64,000 nucleotides of DNA, from contig OZ244070.1 in assembly GCA_965215605.1 (NCBI GenBank), forward strand, positions 1,312,001-1,376,000, in the 5' to 3' direction. Positions 1 through 19,594 of the stretch are shown piece by piece (position 1 is the first letter of the stretch; each line of letters opens with the position of its first letter). The translations under genes and the position numbers were made by a program. The notes below the pieces were generated by a model. That model was not told the DNA's origin, searched no databases, and was given only the letters and a program-made list of their open reading frames with translations. The stretch comes from an uncultured Candidatus Binatia bacterium (GTDB taxonomy: Bacteria; Desulfobacterota; Binatia; UBA9968; JAJDTQ01).

Positions 1-238
1 GCAGCTTGAAGTTGGAGATGTCCTTCCGGGCCCGGGTCACCACCGGCCGCTGGCCGCTGATGGCCGCCAGTTCCGCCACCGCCGAGTCCAGCAGCTTGGC
101 GTTCTGCACCGCTTCACCGATGCAGACGTTGATGGAGACGTTCTTCAGACGCGGCACCTGGAGCCGGTTGCGATAGCCGAAGTCCGCCATCATGGCCGGC
201 ACGGTCGCCTCATTGTATTTCTCTTCGAGCCTTACCAT
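1..238 (-). CDS. rplE: 50S ribosomal protein L5 (partial, runs off window start)
   Basis: Manual translation MVRLEEKYNEATVPAMMADFGYRNRLQVPRLKNVSINVCIGEAVQNAKLLDSAVAELAAISGQRPVVTRARKDISNFKL; follows rplX as in the spc operon. Confidence 0.95.
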   Translation of the reverse strand, partial: MVRLEEKYNEATVPAMMADFGYRNRLQVPRLKNVSINVCIGEAVQNAKLLDSAVAELAAISGQRPVVTRARKDISNFKL

Positions 239-272
239 CGTTCCATTCCATTCCGCGGGCCCGCGACGGGTG

Positions 273-590
273 TCAGCCCAGTCCCTCGCCGCAACGCCGG
301 CAGACGCGTATCTTCTGACCGTCCGCGAGGATCTTGTATCCCACCCGGACCGGGGCGTTGCACGGGTCGCACATGATCATGACGTTCGAGACGTGAATCG
401 AGGCTTCCTTCTCCACGATGCCGCCGGGCTGCTGCGCACTGCGGGGTTTGGAATGGCGCTTGACGAGATTCACCCGCTCGATGAACACGCGGCTCTTCTT
501 GGGCAGCACCTTGATGATCTTGCCGGTCTTCCCGCGTTCCTTCCCGGCCACCACCATCACGTTGTCATCTTTGTGGACGAACAGGCTCAT
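273..590 (-). CDS. rplX: 50S ribosomal protein L24
   Basis: C-terminal part of ORF 273..896 ([23 protein letters not shown]...EASIHVSNV); KOW motif; ATGA overlap with rplN; two CxxC motifs near the C-terminus. Confidence 0.96.
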   Translation of the reverse strand: MSLFVHKDDNVMVVAGKERGKTGKIIKVLPKKSRVFIERVNLVKRHSKPRSAQQPGGIVEKEASIHVSNVMIMCDPCNAPVRVGYKILADGQKIRVCRRCGEGLG

Positions 591-955
591 AGCACCTCCG
601 GCGCCAGCGAAACGATCTTCATGAAACGCTTCGCCCTGAGCTCCCGCGCCACCGGACCGAAGATTCGCGTACCCACCGGTTCCTTCTGGTTGTCGATCAG
701 GACCGCCGAGTTGTTGTCGAAACGGATGTAGGAGCCGTCCACGCGACTGAGCTCCTTGGCGGTCCGCACCACCACGGCCCTGACCACGTTGCCTTTCGGT
801 ACCTTGGAATTGGGCATGGCCTCCTTGACCGACACGACGATGACGTCGCCGACGCTGGCGTACTTCCGCCGGGTCCCTCCGAGCACCTTGATGCACTGGA
901 CCCTTCGGGCACCCGAGTTGTCCGCCACGTCCAGCACCGTCCCCACTTGTATCAT
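587..955 (-). CDS. rplN: 50S ribosomal protein L14
   Basis: [27 protein letters not shown]...[13 protein letters not shown]...SLAPEVL. Confidence 0.99.
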   Translation of the reverse strand: MIQVGTVLDVADNSGARRVQCIKVLGGTRRKYASVGDVIVVSVKEAMPNSKVPKGNVVRAVVVRTAKELSRVDGSYIRFDNNSAVLIDNQKEPVGTRIFGPVARELRAKRFMKIVSLAPEVL

Positions 956-958
956 CGC

Positions 959-1270
959 CTAAACCCCTGCGCTCTCAGGCGCCGCGGGGGCCTGCGAAAC
1001 GGCAGCCTCGCCCGCGGCGGGACGATTCAAGACCCGGCTCACGCGCCAGCGCTTCTCGCGGCTCAGCGGCCGGCATTCGACGATCACGACCCGGTCTCCC
1101 ACCCGGCACTGGTTGCGTTCGTCGTGGGCCTTCACCCGGGTCCGGCGTTTCAGGTATTTCTTGTAACGCGCATGAAGGACCGTCCGCTCCAACTCGACGA
1201 CGACGGTCTTCTCCATCCGGTCGGTTCTGACGACCCCTTCACGCTGCTTGGTGACACCACGCTCACTCAT
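959..1270 (-). CDS. rpsQ: 30S ribosomal protein S17
   Basis: GVVRTDRMEKTVVV...AHDERNQCRVGDRVVIVECRPLSREKRW; Ala-rich C-terminal tail. Confidence 0.97.
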   Translation of the reverse strand: MSERGVTKQREGVVRTDRMEKTVVVELERTVLHARYKKYLKRRTRVKAHDERNQCRVGDRVVIVECRPLSREKRWRVSRVLNRPAAGEAAVSQAPAAPESAGV

Positions 1271-1478
1271 GATCGCCTTCTTCTTTTGCCGGAGACCGGC
1301 GTTCCGAGAGCACCGTTTCCACCCGGGCCAGATCGCGCCGCGACTGCCGCAGCTTCATGGGGCTCTCCAGTTGGCCCGTGGCGCGCCGCAGCTTCAGGTG
1401 GAAGATCTCCTCCTTGCACTCCGTGCGCTTCCGGCTCAACTCGTCGGCACTCAGGTCTCGCAATTCCTTCGCCTGCAT
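1263..1478 (-). CDS. rpmC: 50S ribosomal protein L29
   Basis: MQAKELRDLSADEL...ATGQLESP...RRDLARVETVL; lies between rplP and rpsQ. Confidence 0.96.
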   Translation of the reverse strand: MQAKELRDLSADELSRKRTECKEEIFHLKLRRATGQLESPMKLRQSRRDLARVETVLSERRSPAKEEGDHE

Positions 1479-1490
1479 CAAGGACCCCGT

Positions 1491-1895
1491 TTACCGCTCT
1501 ACGAACGCGGTGGCCAGACCGAGCTTTCGCGAGGCAAGCCGGAACGCTTCCCTGGCGGCGTCCCGCTGGACCCCTTCCATCTCGAACAACAGCTTGCCCG
1601 GCTTGATCACGGCGACCCACGCATGCAGAGGACCCTTGCCCTTGCCCATGCGCACCTCGGCAGGCTTGCGGGTGATGGGCTTGTCGGGAAAGACCCGGAT
1701 CCAGACCTTGCCATGCCGTTTCAGGTAGCGCGTCAAGGCGACGCGGGCGGCCTCGATCTGACGCGCCGTGATGTAACCCCGGTCCACGGACTTCAGCCCG
1801 TAGTCGCCGAAGGAAAGGGTGGAGCCTCGCTGGGCGAATCCGCCCCTCCGACCCTTCTGCACCTTGCGGTACTTGATTCTTCTTGGTTCAAGCAT
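1491..1895 (-). CDS. rplP: 50S ribosomal protein L16
   Basis: [16 protein letters not shown]...RQIEAAR...[24 protein letters not shown]. Confidence 0.99.
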   Translation of the reverse strand: MLEPRRIKYRKVQKGRRGGFAQRGSTLSFGDYGLKSVDRGYITARQIEAARVALTRYLKRHGKVWIRVFPDKPITRKPAEVRMGKGKGPLHAWVAVIKPGKLLFEMEGVQRDAAREAFRLASRKLGLATAFVER

Positions 1896-1924
1896 GCTTC
1901 GCTCCGGCTATGGCACACGATGCC

Positions 1925-2587
1925 CTATAGCCCCAGAGAGGCCTTCTGCTGCTCTTCCTGCTTGGTCAGAATCTCGCCCCTGAAAATCCACGCCTTGACG
2001 CCGATAACGCCGTAGGTGGTCTTGGCCTCCGCCAGCCCGTAGCTCACGTCGGCCCGCAGGGTGTGCAGCGGAACGCGCCCTTCCCGGTACCACTCCGTGC
2101 GTGCGATCTCCTGCCCGCCCAACCGGCCGCCGCACTGGATCCGGATGCCCTGGGCTCCCATGCGCAACGCGCGGGAAACGCTTTCCTTCATGGCGCGGCG
2201 GAAGGCCACCCGACGCTCGAGCTGCAGGGCGACGTTCTCCGCCACCAACTGGGCGTCCAGGTCGGGCCGCCTCACCTCGTGGATGTTGATGAAGACCTCC
2301 CGCGGCGACAGTTTCCCCAACTCCTCCTTGAGCTTCTCGATCTCGGCGCCCTTCTTGCCGATGACGATACCCGGCCGGGCCGTGTGGATATTGATCTTGG
2401 CCTTGTTGGTAGCCCGTTCGATCTCGATCTTGGAGATGCCCGCATGATGGAGGCGTCCCTTGAGGAAGCTCTTGATCCTGAGATCCTCGTGCAGCAACTC
2501 CGGGTAGTCGTTGCCCGCGTACCACTTGGAGTCCCAAGTCTCGATGACACGCATGCGGAAAATCTTGGGGTGCGTCTTCTGTCCCAT
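1925..2587 (-). CDS. rpsC: 30S ribosomal protein S3
   Basis: MGQKTHP...[15 protein letters not shown]...[27 protein letters not shown]. Confidence 0.99.
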   Translation of the reverse strand: MGQKTHPKIFRMRVIETWDSKWYAGNDYPELLHEDLRIKSFLKGRLHHAGISKIEIERATNKAKINIHTARPGIVIGKKGAEIEKLKEELGKLSPREVFINIHEVRRPDLDAQLVAENVALQLERRVAFRRAMKESVSRALRMGAQGIRIQCGGRLGGQEIARTEWYREGRVPLHTLRADVSYGLAEAKTTYGVIGVKAWIFRGEILTKQEEQQKASLGL

Positions 2588-2597
2588 CTTGGTGTCC

Positions 2598-2933
2598 CTA
2601 GGCCCTTTCGTCGACCACTACGGTCAGGTGGCTCAAGCGTTTACGGATCCGGTTGGAGCGGCCCATTCCGCGCGGCATGAACCGTTTCCACATCCCGGCC
2701 TGGCCCACCTCGGCCCATTTGACGTACAACAGGTCCACGTCGACGCTCTGCGTGTTCTCGGCGTTGGCAACCGCCGACCGCAACGTCTTGGCCACGATGC
2801 CGGCGCAGCCCTTCGGCACGAACTTCAGGACCGTCAGCGCTTCCCCCACCGAGCGACCCCTTACCTGGTCCACCACGAGTCTCATCTTGCGGGGCGAGAC
2901 TCGAGCGAACCTCGTGACAGCGCGCGCCTCCAT
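2598..2933 (-). CDS. rplV: 50S ribosomal protein L22
   Basis: [17 protein letters not shown]...SAVANAEN...[10 protein letters not shown]. Confidence 0.98.
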   Translation of the reverse strand: MEARAVTRFARVSPRKMRLVVDQVRGRSVGEALTVLKFVPKGCAGIVAKTLRSAVANAENTQSVDVDLLYVKWAEVGQAGMWKRFMPRGMGRSNRIRKRLSHLTVVVDERA

Positions 2934-2936
2934 AAC

Positions 2937-3227
2937 CTATCTCCTCACGCCCCGGGCGTCTCCCCTGCGGTCTCCCGCGTGGCCGTGGAACGTGCGCGTG
3001 GGCGAGAACTCCCCCAGCTTGTGGCCCACCATGTTCTCGGTGACGAACACCGGAAGGAATTTCCGTCCGTTGTGGACCGCGATGGTGTGACCGATCATGT
3101 CCGGGGTGATGGTCGAGCGCCGGGACCACGTCTTGAGGACCCGCCTGACCTGCGACCGATTCATCTCGTCGATCTTGCGCATCAGGTGGTCGTCCACGAA
3201 AGGACCCTTCTTGATCGAACGAGCCAT
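2937..3227 (-). CDS. rpsS: 30S ribosomal protein S19
   Basis: [12 protein letters not shown]...KTWSRRSTI...[15 protein letters not shown]; start trimmed from ORF 2937..3419. Confidence 0.98.
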   Translation of the reverse strand: MARSIKKGPFVDDHLMRKIDEMNRSQVRRVLKTWSRRSTITPDMIGHTIAVHNGRKFLPVFVTENMVGHKLGEFSPTRTFHGHAGDRRGDARGVRR

Positions 3228-3229
3228 GT

Positions 3230-4057
3230 CTATCTTCCCTTCCTGCGCTTCACGATGTACTTGTCCGAAGGCTTGACGCCCCGTGTCCGGTACCCCTTGG
3301 TGGGTTTGCCCCAGGGCGTCTGCGGATGATTGCCCTTGGACCGACCCTCGCCGCCCCCGTGCGGATGGTCGACGGGATTCTTGGCCATGCCGCGGGTCAC
3401 CGGCCGGCGGCCCATCCATCGGGACCGCCCCGCCTTGCCGTAGGTCACGTTCTCATAGTCGCTGTTGCCCACTTCGCCGATGGTGGCGCGACACTCGGAG
3501 CGGACGTTGCGCAATTCCCCGGACGGGAGCTTGAGAAGCGTGTAATTGCCCTCTTTCGCCATCACCTGGGCGGATCCCCCCGCGCTCCGGACGATCTGAC
3601 CGCCCTTGCCGGCCTTGAGCTCGATGTTGTGCACCAGCGTCCCGGTGGGGATGTACCGCAACGGCAGGGAGTTGCCCGGCTGAATGTCGATGTCCTGATC
3701 GCCGGATATGATCCGGCTGCCGACCACCAGCTTGTCCGGGGCCAGGATGTAGCGCCGCTCGCCGTCGAGATAGCAGATGAGCGCCACCCGGGCGGACCGG
3801 TTCGGATCGTACTCGATGGCCTCGACCCGGCCGGCGACCCCCTTCTTGTCGCGCTTGAAGTCGATGAAGCGATAGCGCCGCTTGTGCCCGCCTCCGCGAT
3901 GGTCCTTGGTGATCCTGCCCGCGTTGTTCCGTCCGCCGTGCCCCTTGAGCGGGCGCAGCAACGGCCGGTGCGGCGAGTCGCTGGTGATCTCGTCGAACCC
4001 GAAGCCCGTGGAAAAACGGCGCCCCGGAGAAGTCGGGCGGCGGTGCTTGATCGACAT
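3230..4057 (-). CDS. rplB: 50S ribosomal protein L2
   Basis: [36 protein letters not shown]. Confidence 0.99.
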   Translation of the reverse strand: MSIKHRRPTSPGRRFSTGFGFDEITSDSPHRPLLRPLKGHGGRNNAGRITKDHRGGGHKRRYRFIDFKRDKKGVAGRVEAIEYDPNRSARVALICYLDGERRYILAPDKLVVGSRIISGDQDIDIQPGNSLPLRYIPTGTLVHNIELKAGKGGQIVRSAGGSAQVMAKEGNYTLLKLPSGELRNVRSECRATIGEVGNSDYENVTYGKAGRSRWMGRRPVTRGMAKNPVDHPHGGGEGRSKGNHPQTPWGKPTKGYRTRGVKPSDKYIVKRRKGR

Positions 4058-4077
4058 GGCCTACAACCCTTGTCCTT

Positions 4078-4368
4078 CTAACCCACACCGAAGAAGTCGA
4101 TGCGGTCCCCTTCCTTCAGGGTGACGATCGCCTTCTTCCACAGCGGCAACCGTCCGGTGTTCCGGCCCACCCGGCGCACCTTGCCCAGGTAGCGCGCGGT
4201 CCGGACGTCCAGCACCGTGACCTTGAACAGCGTCTCAACCTCTTTGCGGATCTCGATCTTGTTGGCGTCCGGACGCACCTTGAAGGTCACTTGGTTGGAC
4301 GACTCGGCCAGCATCGCGCCCTTCTCGGAGATCAGCGGAGCGAGAACCGTATCCCGAACGCCCCTCAT
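4078..4368 (-). CDS. rplW: 50S ribosomal protein L23
   Basis: C-terminal 96 aa of ORF 4078..5505: PLISEK...ANKIEIRKEVETLFKV...WKKAIVTLKEG; ATGA overlap with rplD. Confidence 0.96.
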   Translation of the reverse strand: MRGVRDTVLAPLISEKGAMLAESSNQVTFKVRPDANKIEIRKEVETLFKVTVLDVRTARYLGKVRRVGRNTGRLPLWKKAIVTLKEGDRIDFFGVG

Positions 4369-4961
4369 TGCGAGAACCTCTCTTCTATCTTCTCCAGCGC
4401 TTCCCGGGTCAGCACCAGGTACTCGAACCGCAGCAGGTCGTACACGTTCAACCCCGCGACCCGCAACACCTTCACGTTGCGCAGATTGCGCGCGGACAAC
4501 TCGATGTTCTCGTCTCTGCCGGCGATGACGAAAAGCGAGTTCCCCACGCCCAGCGCCGCCATCGCTTCGGCCATGAGGCGGGTCTTGATCCCGGTGACAT
4601 CCTCGGGCTCCACCACCACGAGCTTCTCTTCCTGGCGCTTCAGGCTGAGCGCGGACAGCACCGCCTGACGGCGGGCTTTCTTGGGGATCCGGTAGGAATA
4701 GTCCCTCGGCATCGGCCCGAACACGGTGCCGCCGCCGACCCAGATGGGCGAACGGACGCTGCCGGCGCGAGCCCTTCCCGAACCCTTCTGGCGCCACGGC
4801 TTCCTGCCGCTGCCGCGGACCAGGCCGCGGGTCTTGGTGGACGCCGTGCCGGCGCGCCGGTTGTTCAACTGCATGACCACCGCCTGATGCAACAGGTGCG
4901 GCCGCACCGCCACGCCGAAAATGCTGTCCGGGAGATCCGGCTCGATCCTGCGAAATTCCAT
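4365..4961 (-). CDS. rplD: 50S ribosomal protein L4
   Basis: [47 protein letters not shown]. Confidence 0.98.
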   Translation of the reverse strand: MEFRRIEPDLPDSIFGVAVRPHLLHQAVVMQLNNRRAGTASTKTRGLVRGSGRKPWRQKGSGRARAGSVRSPIWVGGGTVFGPMPRDYSYRIPKKARRQAVLSALSLKRQEEKLVVVEPEDVTGIKTRLMAEAMAALGVGNSLFVIAGRDENIELSARNLRNVKVLRVAGLNVYDLLRFEYLVLTREALEKIEERFSQ

Positions 4962-4964
4962 GCC

Positions 4965-5597
4965 CTACCCCTTGACCGCCTTGCGGACGAGGACCAACCC
5001 GCCATTGGAGCCCGGAATGGAGCCCTTGACCAGCAGCAGGTTCTCCCCGGGGCGGACCTCCACCACGCGAAGGTTCTGGATGGACACGCGCCCATTGCCC
5101 AAATGCCCGGCCATCCGCTTTCCCTTGAACACCTTGCCGGGATAGGAACGGTTCCCGATGGAGCCGCCGTGCCGGAAATACTCGTGGGTGCCGTGGGTGC
5201 GGGAGAACCCGCGGAAGTCCCAGCGTTTCATGACGCCGGCGAAGCCCCTGCCCTTGGAGGTGCCGGTGACGTCCACCAGATCCCCGGCCGCGACCAGATC
5301 CGTCACCGTGAGCTCCTGGCCCACCTCGTAGCCCGAGACATCGTCGACCCGGAACTCGCGAAGCACGCGGAAGGAACCCTTCTCCGCCTTGGCCATGTGG
5401 CCCCGCAGAGGACGGTTCACGCGCTGGTTCTTCTGGGTGCCGAAACCCAACTGCAGCGCGTTGTACCCGTCCCTCGCCTCGTCCTTCTTCTGCACCACCA
5501 CGCACGGGCCCGCCTCGACCACCGTCACGGGAACCACGTTCCCGGTGTCGTCGAAGAGCTGGCTCATGCCGATTTTCTTTCCGATGAGACCCGTCAT
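4965..5597 (-). CDS. rplC: 50S ribosomal protein L3
   Basis: GLIGKKIGMSQ...VDVTGTSKGRGFAGVMKRW...PGKVFKGKRMAGHLG. Confidence 0.99.
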   Translation of the reverse strand: MTGLIGKKIGMSQLFDDTGNVVPVTVVEAGPCVVVQKKDEARDGYNALQLGFGTQKNQRVNRPLRGHMAKAEKGSFRVLREFRVDDVSGYEVGQELTVTDLVAAGDLVDVTGTSKGRGFAGVMKRWDFRGFSRTHGTHEYFRHGGSIGNRSYPGKVFKGKRMAGHLGNGRVSIQNLRVVEVRPGENLLLVKGSIPGSNGGLVLVRKAVKG

Positions 5598-5606
5598 CTC
5601 TCCAGC

Positions 5607-5915
5607 CTATTGAAGCTTGATTTCCACGTCCACGCCGGCCGCCAGATCCAGCTTGCCCAGCGCGTCGATGGTCTGCTGAGTCGGTTCGAGGATGTCCAGC
5701 AGCCGCTTGTGGGTGCGGACCTCGAACTGCTCCCGCGACTTCTTGTCCACGTGCGGCGACCGGTTCACGGTAAAACGCTCGATGCGTGTCGGGAGAGGGA
5801 TGGGGCCGGCGACCCGGCCGCCCGTTCTCTTCACGGTCTCGACGATCTCGCCCACCGACTGGTCCAGGACCCGGTAGTCGTAGGCCTTGAGCCGAATGCG
5901 GATTTTCTCGTTCAC
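5607..5915 (-). CDS. rpsJ: 30S ribosomal protein S10
   Basis: IRIRLKAYD...GPIPLPT...[14 protein letters not shown]; GTG start. Confidence 0.99.
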   Translation of the reverse strand: MNEKIRIRLKAYDYRVLDQSVGEIVETVKRTGGRVAGPIPLPTRIERFTVNRSPHVDKKSREQFEVRTHKRLLDILEPTQQTIDALGKLDLAAGVDVEIKLQ

Positions 5916-5946
5916 ACCCTCACCCCTATCGAATCACGCCGAGTGA

Positions 5947-8028
5947 CTAGACACGCGCCTCCCGGCCCATCATGTCTTCCTTCACCGTTTCCGGCACTTC
6001 CTCGTAGCGCGAGAACTGCATCGTGTACGTCGCCCGGCCCTGGGTCCTGGACCTCAGGTCCGTCGCGTAGCCGAACATCCGCGACAGGGGAACACGGGAA
6101 TCCACCACCTGTGCGTTTCCCTTGGAGTTCATGCCCAGGACCTTGCCGCGCCGGGAGCTGATGTCCCCGATCACGTCGCCCATGAACTCCTCCGGCACCA
6201 CCACCTCTACGTCCATCACCGGCTCAAGCAACACCGGCGAGGCTTTTCCCAGGGCCTCCTTGAAGGCCATGGAACCGGCGATGGTGAACGCCATCTCCGA
6301 GGAGTCCACGTCGTGGTAACTGCCGTCCAGGAGAGTGACCTTTACGTCCACCACCGGATATCCCGCCAAGCGGCCGTTGGTCATGGCCTGCTCGACGCCG
6401 TTCCTGACCGCGGGCACGTACTCCTGCGGGATCACGCCGCCCTTGATGCCGCTGACGAACTCGAACCCGCTTCCGGTGGGCTGGGGCTCCACGCGCAGGT
6501 AGACGTGGCCGAACTGCCCGCGGCCGCCCGACTGCCTGACGAACCGGCCTTCCTGCTCCACCGTCCGGCGTATGGTCTCCTTGTACGCCACCTGCGGCTT
6601 GCCGACGTTGGCGCCCACCTTGAATTCGCGCAACAGCCGATCGACGATGACCTCGAGATGGAGCTCTCCCATGCCCGCAATCAACGTCTGGCCGGTTTCC
6701 TGATCGACAGTGACCCGGAAGGACGGATCCTCCTTGGCCAGCTTCTGCAGAGAGGTCCCGAGCCTTTCCTGGTCGTCGCGGGACTTGGGCTCGATGGCGA
6801 TGGCGATGACCGGCTCGGGAAAATCGATGGCCTCGAGCAGGATGGGGCGGTCTTCGTCACAGAGCGTGTCACCGGTCTTGGCGCTGCGCAGGCCCACGGC
6901 CGCGGCGATGTCCCCGGCGCAGACCTCGTCGATCTCCTCCCGCTTGTTGGCGTGCATCTTGAGGATGCGGCCGACACGCTCCCGCTGGCCGGTGGAGGCA
7001 TTGTACACGAACGCGCCGGACTTCCTCGTTCCGGAATACACCCGGAAGAACGTCAGCGATCCCACGAAGGGGTCGGCCATGATCTTGAAGGCCAACGCCG
7101 AGAACGGCTCATCGTCCGAGGTCGGGCGGACCTCCTCCTTGTTGGCGTCCGGCACCGTGCCGTGGATCGGCGGCACATCCAACGGTGAAGGAAGGTAATC
7201 GACCACCGCGTCCAGCAACGGCTGCACGCCCTTGTTGCGAAACGCCGCGCCGCAAAGCACGGGGACGAGCTGGAGCTTCAGGCCGGCGGCCCGAATGGCC
7301 TGGATCAGCCGGTCCTCGGGGATGGCGTCACCCTGGAGATACGCGGTCATGATGGCGTCGTCGCAATCCGCCAGCGTCTCCAGCATGGTCTCGCGGTATT
7401 CGTCCGCCTGGGCCTGCAGGTCGGCGGGTATCGGCGCCTCCCGGAAACTGGCGCCAAGATCCTCGTTGTCCCACAGGACCGCTTTCATCCGCACCAGGTC
7501 CACGACTCCCTGGAAGCCGTCCTCGGCCCCCACCGGAAGCTGGATCACCAGAGGCCGGGCCCCCAGACGCTCCTCGATCATCCCGACCACGCGGAGGAAG
7601 TCGGCGCCGACGCGGTCCATCTTGTTGATGTAGGCGATCCTCGGCACGCCGTACTTGTCCGCCTGCCGCCATACCGTCTCGGTCTGGGGCTCCACGCCGC
7701 CGACCGAGCAGAACACCCCGATGGCGCCGTCCAGCACTCGCAGGGACCGCTCCACCTCGATGGTGAAGTCCACGTGGCCCGGCGTGTCGATGATGTTGAT
7801 CCGGTGGTCGCGCCAATGGCACGTGGTCGCCGCCGAGGTGATGGTGATCCCCCGCTCCTGCTCCTGGACCATCCAGTCCATGGTCGCGGTGCCGTCGTGC
7901 ACCTCGCCCAGCTTGTAGTTGATGCCGGTGTAGAACAACACGCGCTCGGTCGTGGTGGTCTTGCCGGCATCGATGTGGGCCATGATGCCGATGTTGCGGG
8001 TCCGGTCTAGTGGAATCTGTCTGCTCAT
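5947..8028 (-). CDS. fusA: Elongation factor G
   Basis: [47 protein letters not shown]; start trimmed to MSRQIPL. Confidence 0.99.
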   Translation of the reverse strand: MSRQIPLDRTRNIGIMAHIDAGKTTTTERVLFYTGINYKLGEVHDGTATMDWMVQEQERGITITSAATTCHWRDHRINIIDTPGHVDFTIEVERSLRVLDGAIGVFCSVGGVEPQTETVWRQADKYGVPRIAYINKMDRVGADFLRVVGMIEERLGARPLVIQLPVGAEDGFQGVVDLVRMKAVLWDNEDLGASFREAPIPADLQAQADEYRETMLETLADCDDAIMTAYLQGDAIPEDRLIQAIRAAGLKLQLVPVLCGAAFRNKGVQPLLDAVVDYLPSPLDVPPIHGTVPDANKEEVRPTSDDEPFSALAFKIMADPFVGSLTFFRVYSGTRKSGAFVYNASTGQRERVGRILKMHANKREEIDEVCAGDIAAAVGLRSAKTGDTLCDEDRPILLEAIDFPEPVIAIAIEPKSRDDQERLGTSLQKLAKEDPSFRVTVDQETGQTLIAGMGELHLEVIVDRLLREFKVGANVGKPQVAYKETIRRTVEQEGRFVRQSGGRGQFGHVYLRVEPQPTGSGFEFVSGIKGGVIPQEYVPAVRNGVEQAMTNGRLAGYPVVDVKVTLLDGSYHDVDSSEMAFTIAGSMAFKEALGKASPVLLEPVMDVEVVVPEEFMGDVIGDISSRRGKVLGMNSKGNAQVVDSRVPLSRMFGYATDLRSRTQGRATYTMQFSRYEEVPETVKEDMMGREARV

Positions 8029-8054
8029 TCTCGTAATCGCGTGCGTACGACGGC

Positions 8055-8084
8055 AAAAAAAGGAGGCGGTTCTACCGCCTCCTT
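8055..8084 (-). terminator. Intrinsic terminator-like hairpin between rpsG and fusA
   Basis: Minus strand AAGGAGGCGGT-AGA-ACCGCCTCC-TTTTTTT: perfect stem followed by a T7 tract. Confidence 0.75.
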
Positions 8085-8108
8085 GATCGGACAATGATCG
8101 ATTGGCAA

Positions 8109-8955
<847 letters not shown>

Positions 8956-8983
8956 ATTGTTCTACTCTCGCAACAAACCGCCG

Positions 8984-9012
8984 ATTTTATCGGAACTTTG
9001 GCCACCTGTCAA
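8984..9012 (-). promoter_or_regulatory. Sigma70-type promoter for rpsL
   Basis: TTGACA-17 nt-TAAAAT on the minus strand in the rpoC-rpsL spacer. Confidence 0.8.
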
Positions 9013-9015
9013 CTA

Positions 9016-13143
<4,128 letters not shown>

Positions 13144-13151
13144 GATGCCTC

Positions 13152-17246
<4,095 letters not shown>

Positions 17247-17277
17247 GTGCTCCCCCTTCACTTGCCTCTGAGAATAA

Positions 17278-17366
17278 TCCTTCGTCTCCGCTGCCCACTA
17301 CGCTCGGGACAGGCCTTCCCTCTCCCGTTCGTCCTGAGCGTAGCGGAGCGGAGCGAAGTCGAAGGA
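17278..17366. repeat. Inverted pair of REP-like elements (GTCCYGAGCGTAG...CGAAGGA family)
   Basis: 17278-17310 reverse-complements to GTCCCGAGCGTAGTGGGCAGCGGAGACGAAGGA, matching 17331-17366 GTCCTGAGCGTAGCGGAGCGGAGCGAAGTCGAAGGA. Confidence 0.75.
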
Positions 17367-17377
17367 CGTCCGCTACG

Positions 17378-17749
17378 CTACTTGACTTCGACGCTCCCTC
17401 CGACCTCCTCGATCTTCGTCTTGACCTCCTCGGCCTCGTCCTTCGAGACCCCCTCCTTGACGTTCTTCGGGGCTCCGTCCACGAGATCCTTGGCCTCCTT
17501 CAGACCCAGGCCGGTGATCTCCCGCACCACCTTGATGACCTGGATCTTCTTCTCGCCGGCGCCGGTCAGCACGGCGTCGAACTCGGTCTTCTCCTCGGCA
17601 GCCTCGGCCGCCGCGGGCGCCGCCGCCACGGCCACGGGCGCCGCCGCGCTGACCCCGAGCTCATCCTCCAACTCCTTGACCAGACTGGCCGCCTCCAGAA
17701 GAGACATGTTCTTGATGAAGTCCTTGACTTGCTCCCGACTCACTTCCAT
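17378..17749 (-). CDS. rplL: 50S ribosomal protein L7/L12
   Basis: GVSAAAPVA...EEKTEFD...[23 protein letters not shown]. Confidence 0.99.
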   Translation of the reverse strand: MEVSREQVKDFIKNMSLLEAASLVKELEDELGVSAAAPVAVAAAPAAAEAAEEKTEFDAVLTGAGEKKIQVIKVVREITGLGLKEAKDLVDGAPKNVKEGVSKDEAEEVKTKIEEVGGSVEVK

Positions 17750-17825
17750 TGGAACTCCCCCTTTGACTTGCTTGATCTTTCGATTTTCCGAACCTTGCCG
17801 CCGTCGTGCCTGCCCGCCGAGGGCG

Positions 17826-17856
17826 GGACACGGCCGGGTTTGGAACCTTCCCTACA
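17826..17856 (-). repeat. Degenerate GTAG-type REP copy overlapping the rplJ stop
   Basis: Minus strand TGTAGGGAAGGTTCCAAACCCGGCCGTGTCC; aligns with the copies at 34163-34190 and 35653-35684. Confidence 0.55.
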
Positions 17857-18367
17857 CCTTGCGGTCCTTGAGCGCGTCGAGCAGACGTACCAGTTGGCTT
17901 CCCGGCTCCTGGATCGTGCGCAACAAACGCCCGGCCGGCGCCTGCATCAACGAAAGCACCTGCGCCTGCAACTCGGGCAGGCTCGGCAGAGTGGCCAAGC
18001 CCTTGACCTGAGCGGGCTGGAGCAACGCTCCGTCGAGAACCGCCCCCTTGATGGTCAACCGGTCATTCTGATCCGCGAACTTGACCAGCGCCTTGGTGAG
18101 GCTCACGGGGTCGTCGTATGCGAACACCCAACCGTTGGGCCCGGTGAGGAACTCCTCGAGGGCCTGATACGCCGTGTCCCTGATGGCCAGCCGGACCAAG
18201 TTGTTCTTGGCGATCTTGTATTCGCCCGCCGCCTCGCGAACGTCGCAACGAAGCTGCGTCATCTTGCTGACGGACAGCCCCCGATAGTCGGTCACCACCG
18301 CCATCGAGGCGGTCCGGAACTTGTCCTGGAACGCGTCGACGACTGCCGTTTTTTCCTGACGATCCAC
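17852..18367 (-). CDS. rplJ: 50S ribosomal protein L10
   Basis: GTG start (VDRQEKTAVV), DYRGLSV, KIAKNNL, LATLPS; lies between rplA and rplL. Confidence 0.96.
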   Translation of the reverse strand: MDRQEKTAVVDAFQDKFRTASMAVVTDYRGLSVSKMTQLRCDVREAAGEYKIAKNNLVRLAIRDTAYQALEEFLTGPNGWVFAYDDPVSLTKALVKFADQNDRLTIKGAVLDGALLQPAQVKGLATLPSLPELQAQVLSLMQAPAGRLLRTIQEPGSQLVRLLDALKDRKV

Positions 18368-18395
18368 GCTGCTCTCCCATCCAATCCGCAGCGGC

Positions 18396-19100
18396 TCACA
18401 CCGCCATGATGCGCACTTCCGCCGGATCGATCCTGACGCCCGGTCCCATGGTCGCGGCCACGGCCACGCTCTTGATGTAAGTTCCCTTGGCCGCCGCGGG
18501 CTTGGCCCGCAGCAAGGCGCCCACCACCGCCTTGGCATTGTCCAGCAGCGCGTTGGCTTCGAACGACACCTTGCCGATGGGCAGGTGGACGATGCCCGCC
18601 TTGTCGACCCGGTACTCGAGCCGGCCTGCCTTGATCTCGGTGACCGCCTTGCCGATTTCCGCCGCCACGGTCCCGGACCGCGGGTTCGGCATCAACCCCC
18701 GGGGCCCGAGGATCTTGCCGATGCGCCCGACCGCGCCCATCATGTCGGGGGTGGCCACCACCTTGTCGAAGTCCAGCCAGCCCTCGGTGATCTTCTTGAT
18801 CAACTCGTCATTGCCGACGAACTCGGCACCGGCCTCCTGGGCTTCCTTTTCCTTCTCGCCCTTGGCGAACGCCAGCACCCTGACCGGCTTGCCGAGACCG
18901 TGCGGCAGTCCCACCGCACCGCGAATGTTCTGATCCGCCCGGCGCGGGTCGACCCCGAGCCTGACAGACAACTCGACGGTCTCATCGAACCTGGCGGTGG
19001 CGGTTTCCTTGACGATCCGTATCCCCTCGTCGAGGGGGTACCTCCGGGTCGTGTCCACCTTTTCCGCGACGCCCTGGTACTTCTTGCCCTTCGCTTTCAT
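18396..19100 (-). CDS. rplA: 50S ribosomal protein L1
   Basis: [39 protein letters not shown]; start MKAKGKKY. Confidence 0.98.
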   Translation of the reverse strand: MKAKGKKYQGVAEKVDTTRRYPLDEGIRIVKETATARFDETVELSVRLGVDPRRADQNIRGAVGLPHGLGKPVRVLAFAKGEKEKEAQEAGAEFVGNDELIKKITEGWLDFDKVVATPDMMGAVGRIGKILGPRGLMPNPRSGTVAAEIGKAVTEIKAGRLEYRVDKAGIVHLPIGKVSFEANALLDNAKAVVGALLRAKPAAAKGTYIKSVAVAATMGPGVRIDPAEVRIMAV

Positions 19101-19117
19101 GGCAGCCCCCGGCCCGA

Positions 19118-19540
19118 TCAGACAACCTTCAGGCCGAGGCTCCTGGCGGTGCCTTCGACCGTCTTGACCGCGGCCTCGATGCTGGCGCTGGTCAAATCGG
19201 ACATCTTGATCTGGGCGATCTCCTGAACCTGCGCCCTCGTCACCTGGCCCTTGGTTTCCTTGCCCGGCTCCGGGGCTCCCTTGTCGATCCCCGCCGCCTT
19301 CTTCAACAACACGGCGGCCGGAGGGGTCTTGGTGATGAAGCTGAAGGTGCGGTCGGCGTAGACGGTGATGACGACCGGAATGATCATGCCCGGCTCCGTC
19401 TGGGTGGCCGCGTTGAAGGCCTTGCAGAACTCCATGATGTTCACGCCCCGCTGACCCAGCGCGGGCCCCACCGGCGGGCTGGGATTCGCCTGCCCGGCCG
19501 GTATTTGCAACTTGATCTCGCCGATCACCTTCTTGGCCAT
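19118..19540 (-). CDS. rplK: 50S ribosomal protein L11
   Basis: [29 protein letters not shown]. Confidence 0.99.
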   Translation of the reverse strand: MAKKVIGEIKLQIPAGQANPSPPVGPALGQRGVNIMEFCKAFNAATQTEPGMIIPVVITVYADRTFSFITKTPPAAVLLKKAAGIDKGAPEPGKETKGQVTRAQVQEIAQIKMSDLTSASIEAAVKTVEGTARSLGLKVV

Positions 19541-19594
19541 GTTTTGCGTCCTGTCCTGTCAAGTCACACGATAATCCGCCGGTCTCTTTCGCCG

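Noticed and set aside
273-400. CxxC...CxxC motifs in L24 (and in L33)
   Set aside because: Known Zn-ribbon variants of these ribosomal proteins; not novel
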